NCBI GenBank assembly: GCA_020536535.1
Contig: JAHLWZ010000823.1
Location: forward strand, 1-64,000
DNA from: Pelomyxa schiedti
Lineage: Eukaryota; Protista; Evosea
Length of the DNA: 64,000 nt
Direction of reading: 5' to 3'
This document shows, piece after piece, positions 21,910 through 35,767 of this stretch. A program made the position numbers and the translations under genes. The stretch's first letter is position 1. Every line of letters starts with the position of its first letter. The notes beneath the pieces were generated by a model. That model was not told the origin of the DNA. It searched no databases and was given only the letters and a program-made list of their open reading frames with translations.

Positions 21910-24569
21910 ATGAAGGTTGCTGCAGCCCTGGGATCTCGTAAGTGTGTCTTGTGCTTGAAGGCCGTGTATTACGACCAGTCTGTTGTGCCGAATCAAACGA
22001 CGGGTTCAATTTTGCACAAGGACTGCTTTCGGTGTTGTAGGGTAACTATTGCCAATACCACCAACAAACGGCGTAGTACTTTTCGTATTTTTGAAAAAAA
22101 AATTGCGTTTACTAAAGGTGCCACATAGTGTGGGAAACAACTGTATAGAGGATACTTTGGAGAGCAAGGTGGCCTGTATTACTGCTTGCATGACTTTAAA
22201 GCAGTGAAAAGTGGCGGCGGTACTCCTCTCTTATCTCGCGCTATCTCTATGCCTGTTATTACGCGGACCAACCAAGCGTCTTATAAACCTCCACCTCCAC
22301 CAACGCCTGTAACATCCACTCCACCTGCGGAACCGTCGCCTCCTTCACCCACGCCTCCTATTGCACCCGTAGCTGCAGCCCCGCAGCAGCCAAGTGACAA
22401 CGGCTTGCCCCCCATCCCAAATTCAACGCACCCTGTTGAATCAGGGCAAACCGAAACCCCCACTGTCGACAGCGGCTCCCCCAATACACCACCACCAATC
22501 ACCACTCCAGTCGACAGTTCCTCCAATACACCACCACCAATCACCACTCCACCAGTAAACCTTGAACTCGATAACAATGACTCCACAACACCAAAAGCAA
22601 CACCTTCACTTTCTGACCAGGTTGCCCCTCAAGCGCAGTCTGCACCACTCACTCCTAGCCGCGAATGTGAAGAACACAACGCGGAAAGTTCATCGGCAGC
22701 ACCTACCGCCAGCCCGTCTCCACAACCATCACCCCAAAAAATACCTGTACACTTAAACACACAATCACGCGGACGAACTGACCTTAGTTCCACCATGAAG
22801 ACTGCACTCAATACACGCACTGCGGCAATAGGGTTACTAGCAAAACGAAGTAATCCAACACCTGCCACAAGTAATAGCCCATATTTAGCCTGCAGTCTAA
22901 CTTCAAATAGACCCTCTTCTTACACCGACAACAAATACGAGCTCAAGTCAACCTAGCACCTCTCAAACCGCCTCCACAACCAATAACACTCCTGATAAAA
23001 AGCCTGCTCCTCGAGTTGCCCGGCATTCCATTTCTTTAAGCCTGTCAGCATTATCATGCCGCACGTCGGCAATTGGACTAATGACAAGAACAGCCCCCAA
23101 ATCCTTTGCCCCACCTCCCGTTGAAAGTACTTTTACTGCGCCTTATTGGAGTGCTTAACCCTTTGGCAGTGCCGCCTGGAGGAACCAATATTTCTTTGAT
23201 GGGTTCGGAACTAGATTACGCTGCCAGGTTGGCAAAGGCACGTAAGGAGCCAATGTGGAATGAGGCAGGAAAAAACCCTGGAGTGGAAGTCTGGCGAATA
23301 GAAAACTTCCAAGTAAAACAATGGCCAAAAGAACAATATGGTATCCTTGTCTGATTGAGATATGTTAGCTGACGAAAATCCTAAACTAGGTTCTTTTTTC
23401 TCTGGCGATAGTTACATTGTGTTAAATACGTCAGTGAAAGGCTCGGATGTTCACTTCTGGCTGGGAGAAGCAACAACCCCCGACGAATCAGGAACAGCTG
23501 CCTTCAAGACTGTTGAGTTGGTTTGCCACTCTCCCTAACTTCTTTCTGAACTAACCGCACATCAACAAAAAAGGCCGATGCTCTTGGAGGCGCACCAGTA
23601 AGTAATCGGTGGTACAAATAATAAATATCTCACCCTGAGTCAGATCCAGCATCGTGAAATCCAAGGGTTCGAATCTGCCAAATTCCTAAGCTACTTTGAC
23701 GGCCACATTACAATTATGGAAGGAGGCATTGATTCAGGATTTTCTCATGCAGAAACAACAGTCCTGGAAGCAAAGAAACAGCCCATATTGTATTGGATAA
23801 AAGGCACTTCGAAATATTGCAAGGTCTGCAAAGTACCTGCAGTCAGAGACAGCCTAAACTCTGGTTGAACTTTTCTTGTAATCTTTTCCTGTCTCACTCC
23901 CAAAAACAGGAGGTAAAACCTTTATACTTTCTTCGGTATTGAATAACAAGGGATGCAGATGTCTTTGTTTTAGATCTGGGGGATAAGCTTTACCAATGGA
24001 ACGGTGCTCGTTCCTCTGTAATTGAGCGTTCTAGGGCACACGCTGTATGTGACAGTATAGTGTACTCAAGAAAGGGTTCGTACTGCTCAACAGTCGCCAT
24101 AGAAGAGAATGCAACGGAATTTGAAGAATTCTGGAGTTTGTACCCAACTCTTTTGTAACATGAAATTGTTCCCAGCTAAAGCAATCTAGTCCCATTGGGT
24201 GGACACGGGCCTATTAAATCTGCCGAAGAAGGTGGACAGGATGAAGACGCCGCCAAAGAGCTGGAAACCAAACAACCACCCTCTTTATACCACCTCAGTG
24301 ATGCCTCTGGGACTATGGTTTTCCATTTTGTAGCTAAGGGGAAACTCTTACGATCCATGCTGGACTCTGACGACGCCTACATTCTAGACATTGGAAATGA
24401 GGTGTTTGCCTGGATAGGACGGGGAGCCAGCGGCAATGAGCGGAAATTTGCCATGCAGTACGCCGTTGAATACTTACTCAGCGCCGGCAAGCCAACGCAA
24501 TTGCCCATCACACTTATTCAGGAGGGCAATGAACCCGAGGGATTCTTCACAGCCTTTGTCTACGAATAA
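21910..24569 (+). CDS. LIM domain + Pro/Ser/Thr-rich linker + three gelsolin domains (severin/fragmin-like)
   Basis: [32 protein letters not shown]; gelsolin [64 protein letters not shown]. Confidence 0.85.
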
Positions 24570-24666
24570 ACAACAGGGAAAGAAAAAATGCAAAAAGAAG
24601 AAAAGTGTGAAAACAAAGCTCTTTTTTTGGTACCTGAAAGCTTTTGTTTTGTTGCTTCTTGTTTCT

Positions 24667-27600
24667 CTAGAGAGCAAGAAGAGCAAGGGAGACGATGAGG
24701 GCTGAAATTGTGAGATGGGCATAACCAGCACCAGAAATTGAAAGGCTGGTGTCTGTGCTTCCCTCTGACGACTCTTCCGATGGTTCGGAATTGCTGCTGG
24801 ATGATGATATCGATTCCAGTGACTCGTCGATAGATATCAGAGAGTACGACGATGCGGAAGTATCCGGGACAAGGCCGCACTCGTAGCGCTTGCCGTTAAT
24901 GCAGGTGGACACTGGGAATGTGGCGTCCTGCTTGCAGGAATTGCACTGGTAGTCGGAGCACTCGAACTTAGTAGTGACGAACTCACCGTCGCAAGACACG
25001 GCGTAGTAGTCGGGAGAGAAGTACTCGATGTGTCTGCAAGTTGTGGTCTTGAGCCATGTGACCGAGGTGGCAGTGTCCTCTTCGCAGGTCGGGGAAGAGT
25101 ATGAGAAAACTCCGATACTGAGAGGTGTGAGGAAGGAACAGTGAATTTTTTTCAAACACGTACCCCTGAACGACATCAAAATCGTCTTCAGGCACACAAT
25201 CGGTGGAGTACCAAATGGCATCTTCTCCGATGATTCCCTTGTAGGTGCAAACTGTTGGGTCTGTATGACAGAAACGAAGCAACGGCCCTTGCTTCCAGAA
25301 CGGGGTGGTGTCACATTCTACATACATACAAGTTATGCACATAAAGAACCAACAGGCACATACGTGAATCTTTATAGTAGATGTCCAAATCCCATGATTT
25401 GTGCTCGTAGGCTTCTCCACAGTCCACATTGAACCAGTAATTATAACGGTCATCATCATCAAAACATCCAATAATGTCCCAGTCATCCCCAGTGGCTTGG
25501 TACTCATCTAGATAGCAACCTTCATCATCCAGACAATACTGGGAGAAGCAGGTTTCGTCCTGTGAAGGGTCATCTCGTAATTTTTAATTGAAAAGAGTAC
25601 CCAAACAGAGCCTTCATAGTCATCGCACTCAAAGAATATGCCCTTCTCCGTGGTGAAACTGTCGTAGACGCAGGAAGGGGTCAAGGCCACCCAGTAACTA
25701 TGGGAGACTGCACAAGAACCCCAATAGTACGTTAACATAATTGGCCTAAAAAGGGCTTAAGTACAAGGAGGCAGCTACATTACATACTGCATGTTATCAA
25801 ACAAGGGAACGGGATCTGGTTCAGACAGAGTGCAATACTGGTAATACTGGAAATCACTCTTCCAAGAGCCCTTGTCGATACAGTAGTCGGACCACTCCGT
25901 TGTCAGATACAACAATTCACCAGGGATGAGCTCGTTTGCTGTGCTGAGTAAAAAAAAAAAAAAAGAATAAACGCAAAATATACCGCTGATAGTCCTTGTT
26001 TCAATAACTTTGTATGCCGGGTTAGAAGGCCCACAGGCGATTGTGTAAAACTGCTGATGTGAAGTTGACCAATAACAGTGTTCATTAGTTTGGCTTGTTG
26101 GGGAATTTTGTTCGACATATGTTCCCGCGCACCCTTGTTTGCAGTTGGCCGCGTGGCAACGATTCAACTTCGAAGGTAAGAAAAAGAAAAAAAGAAAAGA
26201 GCGGGAGAACCTCCATGGTGGCATATTTTTCATCACATTCGAAGAAAAGACGTTCGTTACTTTCTTCTTCAAAGACACACTCCGGGCTATAAGAAATGAA
26301 ATGTTCTGAGGAGGCACAAGAGGCATCGTTATGATAGTAGTAGAGAACCATGGCACTGTGGGTTGTTAGTTGAAGTAGCGTCAGAAACTATACCGTTCCC
26401 AGAAGGACCAGGGATCAGGAGAAGCGTCAGCGCACTCCCAGTACTCGTCAAAGTCTGAACCAACAACGCAACCGCGATCAGCACAGTTGGTTGTGTAGAA
26501 GACTTCAACTTGAATCAAATTGCCGTCCTGGCAGTCGGTACCATCTGAATAGTTTTAGTTTTCCCCCTCACAGTGCGAAAAAAACCTCTTTGTCTCGTGT
26601 AGTAATGTATGACCTGGTACCCTGAGTGAAGAGGATAGCAAGACAAAGTGTAATATTGAGAAGAAGAATATTGTCGGAAGCACGTTTGATCGTGCAAGTA
26701 GTGGTAACTGCTGTAGGGCTGTATAAAAACACTCTCTGTGTCACAAACATCACTGGTACATGCATCACATTGGTCTTCCTGTTAGTGGTCAGAAATTCAT
26801 TAAAGTATGAAACAGTACCCAAAGATAGCCTTCTTCACATCGGTATTTGTAGCCTTGGTTGTAGCTGTAGTCCCAGAGGCAGGTCGGAGAATAGGCAAAC
26901 CACTCAGCTGGGGTGCCGGTACATAGCGTGTCGCCGTTTGCAAACTGCGTATACATGACACCACTGTAAGAGTAAATGAGTTGTGCCTCCGGATAAAGAA
27001 TCATTACTTGGGCATATATGTGTAAAGGTTGGGTACAGTACTCTTGCATTCCCAATACTCTTTCCATTCAGTAGTCTCGTATCCGTCAAAGCGGCAACCG
27101 CGCGGATTGCAGTGGTCATCATAAACAGCGGACACGGAAAGAAGATCCCCAGTAAGGCAGGTATCCCCAGATACTAAAGAATTCAGAAGGAATAACAGAA
27201 GGACGGAACACACGGTTCTCGTCTGTGTAATACGAAATAACTTGATAGGCATTGTTGATTGGTGAACACGAAAGCTGGAAGTAGCGGGTCTTCCCCGCAC
27301 TGGAGTCGTACCATTGTCGGCAGGTACCAGAAGAGGAGTAACCATTCAAAATAGTACTTACTTGCGCACAGTCGTGCAAGCATTGATCGTCACTGGGGCA
27401 TGAATAGTACTGGAAGACAGTAAGAAAGAAAATGTGTAAATAGAAGGACCGCACGTAAATGGCGTCCTCGCTTTCTACACAATCGTAGAAGTACCCAGTT
27501 GTGGAGCCTTCCCGAGTAAAGCAAGTTGGATTGTACACAGACCAGCCAAGTTTCGTGGAGCAGACGTAGTCGTTGTACTCCTCATAATAAATGCCACTAC

Positions 27601-30600
27601 AGGTATTATAAGCGGGGGAGGGGGGGGGGGGGCTAAATCATACTATTGCCAATAGTCATAGGGATTGGGCTCAGTCGTCGAACACTCCCAAAACTCCCTG
27701 TTCTGCCCGGAATAAGTATTTCCATAAGCACAACCCTTTGGATTGCAGTAATCGGTCCAGTAAACTTTAACTTGGACCAACTCCCCAAGTGTGCAATCGT
27801 CTATCGGAATTTAGTTCAAGACTGATTAAAAGACTGTACCATTCGAGGAATCGGTGTAATACTTGATTATTTGATAAGCGCCATTCGGGGGAGAGCACTC
27901 CAGAGAGTAGTACTTGGTTCCGGAGCTGTAATATGACCAGCAAGTTCCATAGGCCAAGGAAGGTGACGATGAAGGAGAAAGAGTTATGTAATTGTCACAC
28001 GAATCCAGGCAGTTGCCCATAGTGCATTCCTCCATCTAGATAAAGATGGAGACAGGTTAACGGTTGTACTGGTAGCAGAGTGGTACCTGAAGTGTGCCTT
28101 TAGTCTGAGCACATTCATAGTAATATGCTGTGTCGTCCCACGGACTCCACAAACAATCTTGATTGTAGATCTTCACTGATGATACTGTGTTGCAGTAGTC
28201 GGAGTAATACTGCAGCACAACAGGGCTTAGGGTGGTAAGAAATTAGCAAGAAAAAAAAAAGAATTAAAAAATTACTTGGTATAGAGGGTGTAATAGTCGA
28301 CAGGGGTATCCACACAAGACCAATGTTCAATCCACGAAGTTCCATAAACACAACCCTTTTCTCGGCAATAATTGTCGTACACCACTGAGGTGTAAAGTTC
28401 ATCACCACCCGTGCAATTGTTCTCTTTTGATACAAGTGTTATTTAAAACCATCTTGCACTAAAATGGGAAGGAAACCTGTATCCAAGTACGCTTTGTAGG
28501 TAATCACTTGGTATGCTGGATTATAAGGATAGCACGACAAAGTGTTCCAGTACCCATTGTAGGAGTAGCACGAATAGGCAAGGTAAAGAACGGTGGCGGA
28601 GTTATACGACCCCCGGCAGGTGGTGGAAGAGTAATAAGAACGTTCCTGGGAATGATGTCAGTTTATTGGCAAAAGTCTCACCCCTACATAAATAGAGTTG
28701 CTGCTGCAATCAAAGTATACTGTTTCGGAATGGTACTGATCGGAGATACAGTCCGGGCTGTAGATATTCACATCGTAAAGATTATAGTCCTGGCAAGAAG
28801 ACCCAGTGTATCGCTTGTTGACAATGGCACTATTCCCCGTTTACTTAGAAAGAAAAAAAAAATTACTCACTCAGGCCAGTAGCTATATGGATCAGGTTCA
28901 ACAACAGAGCAACTCCAAAACTGATTTTCCGCACCCGTGTTGTTCTTCCAACCGTAGGGAATGCAATTAGGGGTGTAACGGACGTTAATGCTTTTCAGCA
29001 TATCGGAACCTTCATTAGTAAAGGTGAGAGCTGAGAGCACTGTAAAAAAAAACCATACTCAAATCAGCTTTCATGGTGTAGTACTCGATAATTTGGTAGG
29101 CGGGGTTATCCCTGAGGCAATCCAGATGGTAGTAATTATCCGTCTCTGAACCAAGGTAGCAATCAGATGCACCAGATGAAGCGGACTCTATTGTTTTTAA
29201 TGTGTACGGTGTACTGTCACAATACCAACCCCAGTCCATCTAAGCCAACTTAATAAATACAAAACAGAAGTGTAAGTTTGTTTGCAAACTTCAATTGATG
29301 TAGGGGCAGTGCAATCTTCGGTAAAATACTCCGAAAGTGTGTTCGAATATACACAGAGAGGATTATATTCGTCCCAGTAAAACGGTGTGGCAGCGCAGTT
29401 TGCAGGATTTGTGCCAAAGTATCGCAGTAAATAGGCACTAGAATGATGAGACAATTGTTGAATTGCACATGTCGTACTCTGGAATGACAGAATAAAAACC
29501 AGGATCTGAAACAGAGCACGTCCAACTTTCGTACCAATTACCGGAAGAAACACAAGGTTTCTCCACACAGTACTTAGACATATACGTTCGTGTGCTCAAG
29601 ACCTCCGGAATTCCCCCAGAACAAGAAGAAGTACCTGTTTACTTTCGGGAGTGCTCTATGTGAAAATGAAGGGAAATACCATAGGTGGCGACCGTCTGGT
29701 ACGCCGGATTAGAGGCACTGCACCCAAGCACGTAATGGTAGTCGGAAATTGAGTCCAGGTAACATGTTGGAACCTGCCATCCGTCTGCTGTTACCACAGG
29801 ATCAGTGCTGCTACAACCAGTACAGGATGAATTACAGCCCGATAACTAAAGAGAATGAAACGGCCCCAGAAAGAGAAGGCTAACAAACCAAAGAAAGAGA
29901 ACTGTCCTGGCAAGAAAAAGTTTGGTAAGTAAGCGAGTTTTCGTCATAAACACATTGTGATGTAGAAAGAACTGTACTAGAGACAGCAGTGCACTCCTTT
30001 GAAGAAGAGTACTCCAGTGTATAGGGTCTGACACAAGTGAACCAATAGAATGTGGAGGAAAAAATTACCCAGAAAACTCTGGCTTAAGATCCACGGGGTC
30101 CGTGCTGCACTCCCATACTTCCATCCAGTCACCATCACCTTGAGTGCAGGGCGCCTCGTGACAGTAACCATCCCAATATACTTCCGCTTGGACTAGCTGG
30201 TGAGCATAACATTCACCTGTGCTTGCATTAGAAGAATACCCGACTTGGTGACAAAAACCAGATGCATTGTGGGCATATCGCCTGATAACTTGGTAAGCAG
30301 GATTTGGGGGCCAGCACGAAAGTGAAAAGTAGCTCGAGTAGGAACTGCCCTCATAACATTTTTCAGCATCTGCAGAAGGCCCTGCAGACTGTTCCACTAC
30401 TACAGCAGAAAGCTCGGAAGTACACATGGCGTCGGAGTATCTGACTTCCTACAAAAGGTGAGAACAAGGTGGCATTTCTGTTTCTTACTTCTAAAACTCC
30501 GTTATCACAGCGATAGCCCCAGTAAGAAGATGAAGTTTTATCACCAGCACAACTGGGAGAAAAAGAAACCGTTTCAACAGGGGTAGTACAAGTAGAGTCA

Positions 30601-32977
30601 CTGTCATAGTACTTAAGAACATAAGCACTGTGAGGGACTGTTAGCTAATGGCAGGAGAAATGCAATCTGACCTGCTCCACTGAGAATAGGAATCCGGTGC
30701 TGTATCTACACATTCCCAGTTGGTCATCCAACGGTCCATGGCCACGCAGCCACGTGGGGTACAAAAGTCGTCCTGGTACCATTCAACACGAATTGGGGTC
30801 CCCCCAGTACAAGACCCTATCGGACAGGTGAAATTGCAAAATTTCGCACAGAAGGCGAAATACCAGTGACATTATGGGTGTAATAAGTGATGACTTGGTA
30901 TTTCCCAATATTGGTATCGGTAGAACATTCTAACGTAAAGGAATTTCCGTCCCCAGAATCTATCGGACAATCCCCAAACTGTGAATCTGGGGTGCGTACC
31001 GAGTCCGTGAGAGCGCACTGCGTGCAGGCAGAATCACACTGATATAACTAGGAAGTGTTACACAGGCACCAAGTAACAGAGATACACTTTTAGGCTATTA
31101 TCATGACAAGTAAACGAGTATGCCGTATTGGAAACAGTATCGTCAACAAGACAACTTGGGGAATAGGCAGTCCATCCAGCTGATGTCCCACAGCTTGTAT
31201 CAGTATAGTCTGGCTCGTTCATTTCATTTTCGCTGTAAGAGCGAATTAAACAGACGGAATAGACCATAGAAAGTACCTCGGGAAGTACGAGGAAGAATAG
31301 TAAGAAGAATACGAACAAGTCCAATCAGCGTCAAAAGTTTCTCCAGCCACACAACCAGACCAACAATAACTTAAATAACCAAGTGACTTTACTTCAGCCA
31401 ACTGACCGTCACTGCAAGTTGTTGCTGTGTATAACAAGGGTATGAGGGGGAAAAAAAAATGAGGAAGGGAGTTGTACCGCCAGACTTGTGCGTGTAAAAA
31501 GAAATGTACTGGTACTGGTATGATGCAGAAAAGGGGTGCTGAGCAGCATAAGAACTCCAAGTAGACACCCAGTAGCAACTCCCGGAATTTTGAAAATAGG
31601 CTGTTGAGGAAGAGTACAGGCAGTTATCTTGACAATATCTGGAGTTGGTGCAGGTGTACTCCTTTGCTATTTTTAATAGATTCCTTGGACTTGTAATATA
31701 TTCCGAACCTGGAGATAGGAACCAGATTGGCGATAATAAAACCCATTGTTGGTGGATTCATCCCAGCGACAAGTGGCGGTGTAGGCTCGCCATCCCTTGG
31801 AAGTAGTGCAGGCAGTTTGGTAAAGATCGTATCGATTAGAGCTGCATAACGTGAGCTGTTTACATACACTGCATAAAACACTCACCCTCCAGGAAAATAA
31901 TTTGTCACCGACGGACTGCTGACACAGGTGCGTTCTTCCCAGAAAGAGCTTCCGCGCCACCACCCTTGTTCCTGGCAATAACTTGACAGGGTGGATGCCT
32001 CTACCCACGCAAGGTTTTCATCATAGCGAACCAACTCTCCAGAGCCATCTAGCTAATTCAGAAAAAAAAAAAAAGCGGAGAACTTCTACCAACCTTTTGG
32101 CGGTGTATAATGCTTAATAACTGGAGTGCGAGAGTAGGGAGGTTGACAGGTTAACAGTACGTAAAACATGTTCGTATTGTCATAGTAGCAAGATCCCCAA
32201 GAATAGGTGTTAAGAATATCACTCTGATACGAGACGTCATCACAACTGGCAGAAGAGATGGATACCTAGTGTTCATAAATTTTTGAGAACATATCAACAG
32301 AAGAAATACTGTGAGCGACGGGTCTCCTGAATCGTCGCAAGTGTATACAGTACCATAGTCGTCTTTATCATCCCACACACACCCTGGATTATAGGCAAAC
32401 CATCCATTGAAAGTAGTACAAGTGCCGTCTGGGAATGTGTAGAAGTAGTACGGCCTAATCTCGAGTTAAAAAAAATCCCAATATTTGAATCAGTGCAAAC
32501 GTTTTCCAAACGAAATCAAATGGGGTAGGCTCAGCATCCCAACATTCAACAATAGTGGTACCATCACACGGAGAAGCTGTGCAAGAAGTACCAATCTCCA
32601 TTCTAATGTATTTCAAGTAGTACTCGCTTTCACACGTACCTATTGTGCCAAAAAAAAAGAGATTAAGTTCAATTTAAAAAACAATAACATTAATCAGTAT
32701 TAAAACTGTTCGTGCAATACATACCCTTCACAGATCCAGCATAGGTCTTTGTTACAATGTACACCGGTGGGAGAGACGAGCTGGACTGAGAAGATGACAA
32801 TGATTGCGAAGACGAAAGAGAGTCAGAAGAGGACAACGATTCAGAAGAGGACGACGACTCAGAAGAGGATGACGACCACGAGGAAGATTCCGACGAGGAA
32901 GATTCCGAAGAAGAAGACAATTGACCGTCAGTGACAAGCACAATGAGTGCCAGCACCAACAGTGCTTTAGATAACAT
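24667..32977 (-). CDS. Giant Cys/Tyr-rich repeat cell-surface protein with signal peptide and predicted GPI anchor, many introns
   Basis: N-term MLSKALLVLALIVLVTDG plus Ser-rich tract; recurrent C.P.N.AYQ(V/I)I.YY motif about every 600-630 bp; C-term Ser-rich stalk and SGAG-YAHLTISALIVSLALLAL*. Confidence 0.8.
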
Positions 32978-34019
32978 TCGCTTTCTGAAAGTTTGGCGTT
33001 AATGCCCGGGTAACGAACGTTGGGTTTTTTTTTTGTTTTTAAGTTTGGGTGTGTGCCGGTAGCTTAAAAAGGGGGAGTAGGACAAAAAGTTGAAGAGTTG
33101 TTTCTGGAAAGCGGTTAAGATTTTTTTTTGATGGTGGAAAAGTCGTATTTAATTTTGGGCTTCCTATTACGAACTGTAACGAAGTTAAGGTTGTTTTGGG
33201 TGTGTTTGATGTGCCGTCCTTTTGTGGAAAACAGTCTTTTCCTGTAAGGAAGTGATCACTTCGCCACAGATCTCAGGAGTTTGGGTTGCTGAAGCGAACT
33301 TAGTGAATGAAAAGGATATGTCTCCCTAGCAGCCTGTGGAAAATCAGGATATGACTACTGCAAGAGTAAACATTTCCAGAGAAGGAGACCCGAGGCTTCT
33401 GTGTTGTCAAAGACAACAGTTGCTGAGTTCAAAACTCAATAACTCAATACTGTTAGATATTAAAGACATTCCTTAAATAATGATTGAGGAAAACTACTTA
33501 GGAGTTAGTCCGACTGTGAGCAGCGCCCACATTTAAGGTCGGCACCTCAGATAACCAAAAGTAACTATGTTGTTTGAGCCTATAGTTACTGGATAACTCT
33601 TATATTTAGTGGTAAGTGGTGTCCACACCAGAAATACTTCAAGAACGATGTGTTACTTTTAGAATAGTGTTCGGCTGGAGGGTACAAACTTCAATATTGA
33701 ACGAAGCAGATGGAATGTAACTCAGATGATACTGATAGTACTCTTTTAGTTTTGTTTGATTTCAAGGTCGACAGTAGGGGGGCATCTTGACCTGGGGGAA
33801 AGTTGGTGGCACCTTGGAAAAAGTTTTATACCAACAAAAAAGAACAAAGGGGAAAAAACAAAATAAAGTACCAAAATACACCCCAAGGCACACGTGTGTT
33901 CATGAACGTATTCAAGTATTTGTGGCCAACAAAGGGACTGGATATCATCCATTTACACTACTGAATCAACCAAAAAAAAAAAAAAAAAAAGCCTGCCCGC
34001 CGAGTCGAAGTCCCACAAT

Positions 34020-35190
34020 CGCCACTCTACCACAACCGCCCAGCCTCAGGGACACCGTTGCGACTCACATCGACTCTGTCCTTGAGGCATCCCATAAACC
34101 AGATACACAGGTCCAGGACCACTTCAGCGGTGTTCCTCACCCTGCTTGGCGACCACATCGAGCTGACACCCCTGAGGTTCGAACTTTTGAAAACTTTTTT
34201 TGTGGAATTCGCTCCCATGATTGCCGAAAAAAAAATCCAAGGGTACACCAGTGCTCTACCCAGTTAAAATTAGAAGCAATGGCATGACACTGAGTGACAA
34301 TGGCATTTAAAGGAGGACATGCAGCAAGGATTTTTGCTTGGGTGAGTTCCAGGCAATGTGCCATGCAACACACAGGAATTACTGTGGGATGAGATTCAAT
34401 GGCCGCTTTTAACCCCTTTGTTTCAGCATGCTCATTATCACAGGTTGCACCAACAACTGTGGTTGGGGATGCCTCTGGAGTATGTTTTAAAATAATGAAA
34501 CAGACAGCAATGATACCAAGCTCAGTAAAACACTCATTAATCAAATGGGTATAATCCTCAGCATATGTGCTGTTGTTTCCCAGGTTTTTGAGTTTCCAAA
34601 GGTAAGAGATTCCACCTACTGTGACACAAAACGCAATGAGCTTGTTGCCTGAAATGTCTTTGCCACCATCAAAAGTCACAGCTTCATGAGCTGCCACAAA
34701 CTCAGTGAGGCCTTTCCAAAGCCAATCATACAGTAGATTAATCCAAGCATGAATCTTTTCGATTTTAACATCCTCCATACATGATATTAACCTTTTCAGG
34801 TGATGCCCCATAAATCTTCTCAGGGCTCAGGATACGACGGAAATAAGGGAAGAGAGTATGGAAAAGGGAAGTCCAAGAATGGCAAATGTTAAAGCTACCT
34901 GTGCTGCATAAGGATGTTGGTGGGAAAAGGGAATTTTTGCTAAGTCCGGGTATCCTGTCAGCAAGGACTGCTTGGACCTACTTGTTGATTGTTTGTGTTG
35001 CTGTTGGTGTTGGTTCTTGGGACTTTGTGACAAATTTATGTGCTCTTTCCAAGTAGTAAATATTGCCGGTTAGTAAATGATTGACTAGTGCTCCTTTACC
35101 AGGTGGTATTTTAGAGATTCGTTGAGAGGCAGACAGGAACAGGGAGACCTGGAGGCAAAAGCACGTGCATACCCAGAAGAATGCGTGTGC
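34020..35190 (-). mobile_element. Degenerate hAT-superfamily transposase (DUF659-like) remnant
   Basis: VTFDGGKD (first catalytic D), ATCDN (second D), CMAHCLEL (CxxH); upstream LKYHLVKEH is BED-finger-like; broken by stops and frameshifts. Confidence 0.78.
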
Positions 35191-35767
35191 AGCTCGGCTC
35201 CATTCGTCTTCTTTGAGTCCCCAATATACTCACCTCCAATCTCCAGGTCCTTGCCTGTATTCAACCTCCCCTCCTCCCTCGTTCTCCCTCCTTCTCCGGC
35301 GTTCTCCCTCGTTCCCCCACACCCACTACACAATGTAGTGATTGTTGTGCTTATGTGTAGTATCTCGGTGGTGTTCTCGCACTCCGTTTTAGAATCAAAA
35401 AGGAAAAAAAAATTCGGTTCGTTAGAAGTGTAGGGGGGAGGCTGTCGAATTTTTTCTCTTTTCTTAGGCGTCCAGAAACGGGTGGTCCTTGGGTAAAGTG
35501 CCACAGCGAAGGTATGTGTAACACCGGGTACACACCCGTACCTCGTAGTCATATCCTGTCAGTTTGGAAACAACTCTAGGTATTTGTTAGATTGCTTGTT
35601 TGCTTGTTTGTTCAGTTGTTAGTTTGAAGAGTGTCTTGAAAAAATTTGGGGGTGTTACCGGTGGCTGACACATTGATAGCAAAAAATATTTCTACAACAG
35701 CGGCAGTGGTGCCTTCTGGCGAGAACTCCGAAAACAACCCCGCATTGGCATTTTGAGATAGTCGAAT

